Shown piece by piece: positions 48,291 to 64,000 of a stretch of 64,000 nucleotides of DNA. Below the pieces are notes generated by a model that had not been told where the DNA came from, searched no databases, and saw nothing but the letters and a program-made list of their open reading frames with translations. A program made the translations under genes and the position numbers. Position 1 is the stretch's first letter. Every line of letters starts with the position of its first letter. This DNA is from Euglena gracilis (lineage: Eukaryota), in contig CP154954.1 of assembly GCA_039621445.1 (NCBI GenBank), forward strand, positions 43,813,847-43,877,846, written 5' to 3'.

Positions 48291-51200
48291 GCTGCCCCGT
48301 TGTCCTTCTTGAGCCTGAAGGCAGAATGACTTCTTCAGCACCACTAATACCACTAATGAAAAATGAGGGTGTGTTTTCAAGAATGGACTCGTCAAGGGTG
48401 CTTTTCTGGGGTGCATGCTTCAACGTCGATTGTTTTATTCACACATTGCAATCGCAAGTCCACACCCGGGTGGATGTACTGGTGGCATTCATGTCTGGCC
48501 GTGGCCAGCTTCGACCACCGCGACGCCACCTGTGGTGCCGCCGTGGCCAGCCGCGGTCGCCACAATATCACCAGTGTGGCATTGCTGCCGCGGCTGGCCA
48601 TGGCGCCACCTCTCACCTTTGCCTTCTCCTATGGTTTGCACCTGTATGCACATATTTAGAGACATACAGTATTATGAACACATGAATACATACGCATTGC
48701 TGAATGGTGAATTCTGCTTGGGCTGAAAGACGGTCATTTAAAGCCATTTTGTCGCATTGCTCAGAGGGGCTGGCAGTGATGCCTGATTGTCTTATTGCAT
48801 TTCAGCAATTGCATCCACTCCTCGGCTGACGTCCCTCTGACCCACCCTTCCGTGCCCGAGCTGTCCTCCAGTGCAACCACCCAGCCCAGACTGCATCGGT
48901 CGAATTCAGTCAGTGGCGCCAGCCGTCACTTGGGTCGAAAAGGGGCTTATCGCAACCGGCTTGTGGTTTCAGATGAGAATCTTTAGCCTCCCAAATTTTG
49001 GTGTTGCGCCAGTCTGCCAGAATGCTTCTTTTGGACCATTTTTGCCCAATTATTTTTGCGCTACCCATTTGCCTTGACATCCCTCCCCCCGAATTTCATC
49101 GACCCGTTGTTTCATTTTGAGGTTCAGCTGCTAAAGGGGTTGGCGAAGTCTTCGTTTCAATGAATGTGCCGAGACCTGCTTGTTTTGAACAAACATTCAA
49201 TAATAAAGAGGATGCACCTTTACTCCCTTTAATAATTTTTGTCTCGCAGGCCTCAGTGTATTACAAGTAATCAAATTTGGTTAAAACTACTGGATCCCAA
49301 TTATACCAACTCACATCTGGCCTTGTTAATTTTCAACCCAGTCTAGCCAGTTCTTAGAAGACATTTATTACATAGAATCATTGAAATATTGATGTCGTGA
49401 ACAGTTCTACATGCAGTCACAACCAAGCAGCAATATATAAATGGTTAGCTGCTGGTTTCCGCCTTTCTTTGATTGGGTTGTGGGTGCCTTTCAGCCAGTA
49501 GCCATTTATTTGTTGTAAAACAGTGTTTGAAGTGGGACGATTGGGTTTTGCGATGCTGAGAGATATTTAATGTTTTGTTCACCCAAGTCATACCACCCGC
49601 AACAGGTCTGTGTTGCTGGTCTTTCGCACACGCTGATGGGAGGCAGCTCTGTCTGCATTACTGGCATTTCCGCCCCCCCCCCCACACTGACCCAATCAAT
49701 GCCTTTCCAGCTGGATGCGCAGAGCCCTGCAAGCTTTAGGACTATAGATTCAGTTGGTGACCCAGGGGAGGGAGGGGGCACTTTTTTCCTGGGCCCAAAC
49801 CCACCCGCCCACTTTTTTTTCTTTTCAAAAACCCACCCACCCACAACCCTGGTGTCCCACTCACCCACCCAAAATCACGCAAAATTTGTCAACAGCCTTT
49901 GATATTTTCCCGGCCAACTGGGCCTCTGGAGGTGATGGGCTGACCGATGGCACCCACCCCGGGGGAGCTGGGTCCAACAACCCAAACCCACACCCCCCTT
50001 TCAAAAACCCACCCACCCACCCCCCAGGGGTCGCGCAAGGTTAAGTGTACGTTTAGGACCCAAAAAATTAGTTAAAGCGAAGCTTACCGGGGGGATAAAC
50101 CCTGTTTTTTTGGCCCCCTCACCCCCCATGTTGGGACAGGCTTGGGAGAACCAAAGTTTTTTTCATTGTGAACCGACTCCATCCCAAGCAGGTTGTTGTT
50201 CAAGGGTTTGCAGTACCCCCCCCCCCAGGGTGGGCTCAACAAGTCCAAATTTGGTCAGTGGAAATCCTCGTGGACCCGCGGGGGGCCGCTAGAAGATTGC
50301 ATAGAAATTTTGGACCCCAAAAATCCAGAAATACCCGCTTTTGGCCATTTTTCGGGTTTTTTTTGGAATAAAAGATGCGCAGCACTGGAGGAAATTTTTT
50401 CTCATTCGGGGGGACCCTGGACCCCCCCCCCCCGGGGTCTGTCTTCTTCTTTTTTTTCCAGTGTCCAGCAAAATGGCTAGCCAGTGGTCCTTCAATGGCT
50501 AGCCTGGGGTGTTTTAGCAATAGCCTGATCCGAAGGAAGCTGTCACAAATGGGCACAAATGTCCCCCATGGTCCCCCGAATCTGTTGATACCCTGTGCCA
50601 ATCCTGATTTTGCATCTTGCCCAAGTTGCGCCTGTTTCACTGTTTCACAAGTCCAAAAAGAGAGATTGTAAAACAGGGTTTAAAACAGGGTGTACCAGCA
50701 AGAAAGCTTGTATTTTGACAATAACTCCCCAGGGCCGCCGAGGGGTCCAAAGGGCCCATTAAAATATTTCAAGCCTGTGTAACGCCCTATCCAACGGTAC
50801 CTGGCTTTCCTGGTAACTCCACGGCTGGCCAAAGTTACGCCTCAAAACTGTAGCTCTTTTTTTGACGCATTTTTGGGCGCATTTTTTTTGGCTTGTTTTG
50901 GGCCGAAAATGGACCCCCAAAAACATCAAAATTTTCAAAGTATCTTGAAAATGAAGCAAAAATGAAAGAAAATGCTTCAAAACATTAAATAAAGCCCTAG
51001 GAACGCCCTATCTAACTCCTTGCTGGCCTGAGAAACTGCCTTTTTTGGACCATTTCGGGCCGTTTTTTTTGGGCCCCAAAAAATTGCGAGATGCAAAATA
51101 TCTCGAAAGAGAAGCAAAATAAAGCAAAGTCAAGTAAAATATTTTAAATTGACCTAAGTTGATGTCTTTACAATGCCCAATCTATTGGTATTTTGATTTG

Positions 51201-51557
51201 CCTGGCACTAACGGGAATGCCAAAAGAAAAAGCTTATGGCCACTTTCGGTCACTCCTGGCCGACTCCACCACTCACGGAGGGGGCTGTGGAGCCAAAAAC
51301 CAGCCACTTAAGCGATGGTGTGGTCCGCACCCCCCCCACAAGATCAAAATTATCTTTCTGGCACTTCCTGCCTAAGATTTGGGCAACGTTGGCAAAGTTT
51401 TGCCCGGAACCAGCATGGCATTTTAGGTCGATTATGAGGGTGAAAATTCTGGGCCTAATACTTTGCGCCGGGCCGAAAATGACCACTCTGGCCGCACCAC
51501 CTCTCAGGCCGTGCGGCGCTCCCCACCCCCTGACTGGACTGACTGACCTGACTGGGG

Positions 51558-51928
51558 CAGGGTTCGATATAAGGAGGGCGTACATGGTTTAGGTGGGGGG
51601 GTGTCCCCCCCCCCTCCTGGCCCGCAGGGGGGGTCCGGACCCCCCCCCCACCTGCAAGGGGGGTCCGGACCGACCCTGGGGGGGTACCCGGGACCCCCCC
51701 AAAAAGGGTCAATTTTTTCCTCCGGCGCTTTGCGCCGAAAATTTTTTGCATTTTTGGCCAATTTTTGCCCAAAAAGTGCCCAAAATGGCACTTTGGGTCG
51801 ATTTGGGGGGTCAAAAAATTTCGGCCACCCTGACCGCGCCACTGTTTAGGTGGGGGGGTCCCCCCCCTCCTGGCCCGCAGGGGGGGGGGTCCGGACCCCC
51901 CCCCCTCCTCTCCTTATATCGAACCCTG
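51558..51928. mobile_element. CAG-terminal MITE
   Basis: 19-bp TIR CAGGGTTCGATATAAGGAG / CTCCTTATATCGAACCCTG; TSD not evident; related end at ~40921. Confidence 0.75.
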
Positions 51929-54779
51929 GGGGGGGCCTTATATCGACCCTGCCCACCAGACCACCTGGCTTTTCATCAAACCCTGTGCTTCCTCCAAACC
52001 CCAAAATCATGAGTATTAACCCCCCAAAGTTGTCACCCCTGTTGGGCTATCACCTTTTTGGTGGGAAATTGCCTTCCCCACAGGGTTCAGCAGATGGAGG
52101 GTTTCACGGTTGAAGGTGGGTGTGTCCCCACCCCCTTGACTGTGTGCCTCCTCCCGGGGACCAGTGCGGACCTCCTTCAAACTAACCTAACCTCCCAACC
52201 TCCTTCGAAGTTGGGGGAGAGGGAAATCCGGACTATGCCATTGACTGCCAACCCTGGGGGGGGGGGCACTTTCCACTTCAAACAGCAGTCAGTCACTTTT
52301 CAAAACCCACCCATTTCCTACCTCTTTCGGGGGGGGGGGTCAATTCTGTCCATTCAGGTCGGCTCAAAATCAATGGATTTTGGCCAAAACCCCCTCCAAA
52401 AATTCTGGCGCCTTCGGCAGAGTACACCGCTGGCCTTGCTTGGCCCACCAGGAAGGAGCCTTGCTTTTGGGGGGAGTCTTGCTGAGCCTTTTTCACCTCT
52501 TGAAGGCCCGCGTCTTCCCCACAAGAATTGTGTACAGGGTTCGCAGCATTATTTCTTTCAGTGCATGAGCGGGTTTGCAACCTTATTTCCAGGGTTTTCC
52601 GCCCAGCATTGCCCAGCAGTGCCGGCACTGCTTGTCTGGCATCCCCCGATGGCACTGTGGGCTAGATGCCCATATCCCTTCAATCCCCCACCAGACGTGA
52701 TCTGGGGTTGGTGATCATTGGACACTGGAGACGAGGTTTGTGGCCCAACCCTGTGCTAGAACAGGCGCCAGGAAGGACCCGTGATGCCTGCACCACAAGA
52801 GGGCTCAGCGGAAAGCTCGTGCATTTGGGTCTTGATGGGATTTGGCGGGGAATGCAATTCTAATGCGGGGTTTACCAAAGGACTCCGTAGTATCCTCGGG
52901 TATTCTCGGGAGGTGCTCGTTGAGGCGAACGCATCCGCTGGACGGGGAGGGTTCCCGACGCGCATCCCGCCGCCTCCACAGCACCCAATTGTGGCAGCCC
53001 TTGGCAGCCGACAGGCGTACCGGGCTCCGCCACCCCCCTCCTGTCCCCCCCAAGCACCCCACCCACCCCCTACCGTACCGTACGGTGTCCAATCCACCGC
53101 ACCCGCGGGGGTGATATGGCACCCCTTCTGCCACTCGACCGAGACGGCACGGAGATGAGTTCTTTTGTTTGCTTCCCCGCCTGTGTTGCGCATGTGCGAA
53201 GCTACCTACCCCCAAGGCTGGTGTGGACCCCTTTGACAGCCTGGGACTGGCCCAATGAGCCTAAAATTCTTGCTTTTTTTTCTGTTAACTTCTTTTCCTT
53301 GGAGGGGAAATTGCTGGTCAAAAGAAGAGCAGCACAGCAAGGTACCTACCTACCCCCTTTGGGGAAATGTCTCCAGACAATCAGCGAGTACAGGAGTTGG
53401 AGACAGGTCAGCGGACACAGGAGGGTAGAGGACAATTCCCGTGCGGCTCCTGCTCAGAGGGAAAAAGTTGATATTTTCTACCCCCGGTGACGGAAAATTC
53501 CGTTTCTTTTATTTTTGTAACAAGAAGCTGTTTGGAATTTTTTCACCCAGGCGATTGTTTTATTTTCAACACAAAGTATGAAAATTTTCAAAAAAAATCA
53601 TTAGGAGACAGGTGGGTGCAAGGGAGGGAGGAGCCTTCCTGTGAGGACAGCAGATACAGAGGGTGTTCCTGCCAGGAGGGGGGCAAACAAGTTTTTTTCC
53701 CTTTTGTTTTGCGTTTTTTTTCCCCCCGCCGATTTTGTATTTTTGTTGGAATTTTTTTGACGATGGAAAATTCCTCAGTTTGTCCCTGATATTTCCCCGA
53801 GACCAAATATTTTGGCAATTATTTTGCCATTTTTGCATTTCTTGGTCAACACATTGCATATTCTCATGCAATATGAAAAATTTCTCCCCAGTGCCCAGTG
53901 GAGCCAAAATTTTTTCTAAGTCCTTTCCAGCAGAAAGTTCACATCCTGGGGTAGCTCCTGAAGGATTTTACATGCGATTTGTGGTTTTTTTTTTGCGTTG
54001 CGTTCTTTGAGGGTCCATTTTATGCCAATTTTCAGCCAGAGCCAGAAAGTTCCCCCCAACATGTCTGAACATTTACGCCGTCTCAGCCTCAAGGTGTGGT
54101 GGATCCCAGAATATTTTCCGATTTTAATAATCATGGCTGGCCAAATGACAAAACCTTTCAACAAGCTACCACTTTGTCGGACCAAAAGTTGGTCACCTTG
54201 ACCATGCGACTGTTAAAGTGCCACCCTCCCCCCCCCAGCTGGACTGTGAGACCGGGGGATGGGGGTCCGGACCATCTGCCTCGTCCAAAGCCAAAGTGTC
54301 TCCCAATTCCCAATTGATATCCCGCCCCAAAGAATTGCCCCCCCCCCAAACCCTGGACTGATTTTGGCTGCCCAAATAATAACCCCTTCTCACCACAGTG
54401 ATCAAGGAAAAAGTTCCAGAAAATCACTAAATACAGTGAATAAATGCATTTGTTGAAATGCATTTCAAAAAGAGCATAAAATGTGCAAAAAAAAGCCAAA
54501 ATAATGCCTCAAAAACGGTCCCAGAGCTTGGCAAAGCACTTTTGCGGTCAATTTATTAGCTTGGCAAAACACTTTTTGTGGTCAATTTATTACTATAAAA
54601 AATGCTAAATACCCCCCTCTCCGGCCACTGACTTCAGGTGCCCAAATAAAAACAGGGGGTATTTCTTGGGGGGTTATTTAGCATCAAGGGCGGTAACCTG
54701 CACTGCACTGCACGGCGGGGTTTTGCTTCCTCACACCAGCAAGACCTGTTTGCATATGCCGAGGCTCACCAATTGTACA

Positions 54780-55115
54780 GGTGGGATAACCCCCCCCCCC
54801 AATGTAACCACCACGTTGCTTAAATTTGGGGTTTGCTTAAATTTGGGTTGCATGCATGCCGAGAGGTTGCTTAAAATGTCTCTCCTTGCTCAAACAAAGG
54901 GAGGATGAGTGCTTTTCTCATACATTGAACAACATGAACGTCCCAAAGGTGTTACAGACTCAGCCGGTTTTATTATTTTCCCCAAAAATCATATTTTTAT
55001 TGTTTCCGCTTCTTTTTACCTTAAAATTTCGGGGTTGCTTAAATTTGGATTTTTCATTTGTTCCCGAGGAGTTGCTTAAATTTTGGAGTTGCTTAAATTT
55101 GGGGGGTTTATCCCG
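54780..55115. mobile_element. MITE-like element with TTGCTTAAATTT repeats
   Basis: GGGATAACCCCC / GGGGGTTTATCCC imperfect inverted ends; about 6 copies of TTGCTTAAA. Confidence 0.5.
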
Positions 55116-57661
55116 CCACCCGACAGATATTTAGGGTCATTGGGGACATCACAGTGACAGCGGACAGCGTGAAGAAGCATTCAGGGATATGCACTTATAG
55201 TTAAAATGGCCTAAAATGGCCTAAAATGGGAAAAGTTTTGTTGCATTCAACAATTTTTTTGGCGAACAACTGAAGCCGTTCAGGTAATTCAGGTAATGAC
55301 TTCCAGTGTCTTTTGTTAATGTGGACGGCAAACAGTGGATTTGGTGGAGGAGCACAGCCACACAAGGCCCAGTTTTTTTTTGTCCCAACTGATAATAGTA
55401 TCTGTCCCCAAATCCATGGTCCCCAACCTCCTTTTGGCTGAATTTTGAAGGTTTGGACAGCTGTATTTTTTCTCACTCCCATCTTTTTTTGGTTTGCAAC
55501 GGTGTCTGCTACAAATAATGAAACAGTGCAAATTTGGAATGAGGTGTGGGAAAAAGACAGAAAAAAGATGAAAGATGTTGGAAAAATCTCAATTGAAAGA
55601 TGTGTATGCTCCTTCGTTAGGTACTGTGTATTCCTTCAAATCACGAACCAGCACAATTTGGGCATTTTCCAAAACATTCCACAAATAATCATGCCGAATG
55701 ATCAAATCACCCAAACAACTATTGGGGCTTGGCAGTCAATCTTCAGGTACCAAGGTTGTATGCATAGACTCCCCCCCGGAGTTTGTCTCCCCTCCTCCAT
55801 ACAAACTTGGTTCCTTAATTTGTGTTTCTTGGCCTAAAATTTTTTTCAAGATTTTTGGCTTTTTTTTGTGCGAAGCCTGCTGAAAGTTTGACACTCGTGC
55901 AAACTTGCTCTCCCAAGGTTGGCCCCCCTTTCCTTCAATGGCTGCCCGAGCCAAACGCCCGGGGGGAGGTGGGTCTTCAGTGACAAAGTTCCTTCGATTT
56001 CCCAAAGAAAGGTGGGGTCAAAATCACAAAGGAACGGGGGCAGTTGTAGTCCAGCGAGATCTGCAAGGAAGGATGAAGGTCAAGTGCCCCAGGAAGAGGG
56101 AAATACAAGTGCGTGCCACTGGCAGTCAACAGTGATGTTGTTTTAGTTACTTTTTTTTGCAAATTTATTGAGAAGTTTGCAACGCATTTCTTGCTCACCA
56201 TTTTGGAGAAAACTGCATCATACCTGAACAATCAATCGAGTTGATGCTCATTCATGGAGCAAACCTACATTCTGTTGGCATCTTTCCACAGGTTTTTCCA
56301 TCCTGCCTTTTTGGTTTTTGCGGCAGCCGTAACTTCGGCTGTGCACAGAAAAGTTGACACCCTCAGAAAAAAACAAAAATATTCAGAAACGTCTTTTTGC
56401 GAAATCCCACAAAATGGTGTTGATTTCACAAAACACAAAAAACCGGGGTGATTTTTTTGGTAGCGCAAATAAGAACTTTTAATATTTGTCCAACGTTTTT
56501 TCCCTGAAAAATCTTCCCTGCCACAAATTCTCACTGTTCAGATTTCTTCTATTGGCATGAATTAAGATTCGTTGAGTTTTCCATGGTTTTGATCCAGTGT
56601 TCATGAATTTTGCATGCTTTTTTGAATGTACATTTCTTATTACTGAATAAGAGAAGGTTTGCACACGTTATGATTCAGTTTTCGGGACAAGAATGGCGAA
56701 AAATTATGATTTTCAGAAACCCCACCTACCGGTGCTTTGATTTGCAAAGGCAACGCCTTCGTTGAGGTGGAGGGACATCGAATGGCCAGGCGGCGGCGGG
56801 GGGGGGGGGGGGATGGTGCGGCTGGTTGCGACCAGCAAACAACAATGGCGCGGGGGCATTCATATTATATTATTGTTTATTATTATCGGTGGCGGGGTGA
56901 ACTCACCCCCACCCCTCCCCAGGGCAGAACGGGAATCGGCCGAACAGCCAGGGTGGTGGGTGGGGGGGTCGACCACCCCCTGCATGGTGGGTGGGGGGGG
57001 GGTCGACCACCCCCACCGCCACCTCTTCCTGTATTTCTGGGAACACCAATTTTTGGACCCGAAAATTTTTTTCGGCGCTGGGTATTTTTTTGACCCATTT
57101 TGCGACCCATATAGGGGTCCCCCCAAAAACCACCCAAACCCCCATTTTTTCACACGTTCCAAAAATTCGACATTTTCGGAAAATGTTGATTTTGAGAGGT
57201 TTTTGAAGCAAAAAATGCCATTGAAAGTCCAAAAAATTTCAACGAGATAAAAACCAGTAAAATTTGACTGTGCCAAAATTTCGTCCACTTTTTTTGACCT
57301 TCGTTTTTTTCCCTCCCCCCCCTAAAAGTACCAATTCTTAGGACGGAAGTTTTTTGAGATTTTTTTGTGAAAAAATTGCGGTTTTCCATCAAACAATCAT
57401 GTGTTTTGGGTTCATTTTTCAAAAAAAATTTCAAAAAATTTTCTGGCCAAAATCCCCGTTTTCCCGAAATTGGTGAAAATGCTGTGGTGGGTGGGGGGTC
57501 GACCCCCCCCCACCAGGCCTTCCCGTTCTGCCCTGCCCCTCCCCGCCGCCTGACCAGTCCACCCCCCCCCCTCCTGGGGGTGAAGCGGCCCCTCCTGCCC
57601 GCCCTCCGCCGGCCCAGGGATGTGACGCCCCATCGCTGGGCGGCCCCCCTCCCCCCTCCCG

Positions 57662-63640
<5,979 letters not shown>

Positions 63641-64000
63641 GCCCGGCTCGGTGCCCCCGCCGTGGGTGGCGTCCGCCTGCCTGGACGGGAGGGCGTTGTT
63701 TGGGGAAGGGGCCATTCCATCAGTTGGTGGCATCAATCGACCACAGGGGGCTTGACTCCCAAGCCACCAGTTGGTTTGAAAACCCCCACAATTTCCATTC
63801 ATGCAGCACACACACTCGCACACACGTGCGCATGCAACATTGTTCCAGTAAATCCACAAAAATTACCAAAATGGGCATTTTTGGCAGGTTTTGGGGGTCA
63901 AAAAATTCTGGTGTTTTGTGCTAGTCACTGGGAAAATATATTCCATTGTCTATCCCTGTTAACAGTCCCGGGGGGGGGTCTACTTAGTTTTTTCACAAGC

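Noticed and set aside
48480-53190. Possible minus-strand multi-exon gene (segments ~48.5, 48.9, 49.6, 50.5, 52.8-53.1 kb)
   Set aside because: No recognisable motif and no consistent in-frame splice path could be built

Overview
Intron-rich eukaryotic nuclear DNA with the hallmarks of a euglenid (Euglena-like) genome. Short GC3-rich exons are separated by repeat-filled introns. Most junctions are not GT-AG: they follow the euglenid nonconventional pattern exon|N3-CDG ... CHG-N5(6)|R with base-paired ends. Applying this rule by hand reconstructs three + strand multi-exon genes. These are (1) a receptor-type class III adenylyl-cyclase-like gene (~15501-35123; TM, Cache-like repeats, TM, cyclase domain with a C1-like signature lacking the catalytic Asn/Arg), (2) a thaumatin-like protein (~41007-48290), and (3) a KH-like + RRM RNA-binding protein (57662 onward, 3' end not found) mixing GT-AG and nonconventional introns. 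A weaker EF-hand-like gene lies at ~11.2-15.1 kb. Introns and intergenic DNA contain hAT-like MITEs (CAG..CTG termini, 8-bp TSDs), TA-flanked MITEs, two TTAA-bounded TIR elements each followed by a giant hairpin, two decayed tyrosine-recombinase fragments, interstitial TTAGGG repeats and micro/minisatellites. The top signal is that the intron geometry (3+5 nt outside CAG..CTG) equals a hAT element plus one 8-bp TSD, and several introns still show TSD remnants. All exon boundaries are manual predictions, and homopolymer errors are likely. Most ORF-track entries are spurious.
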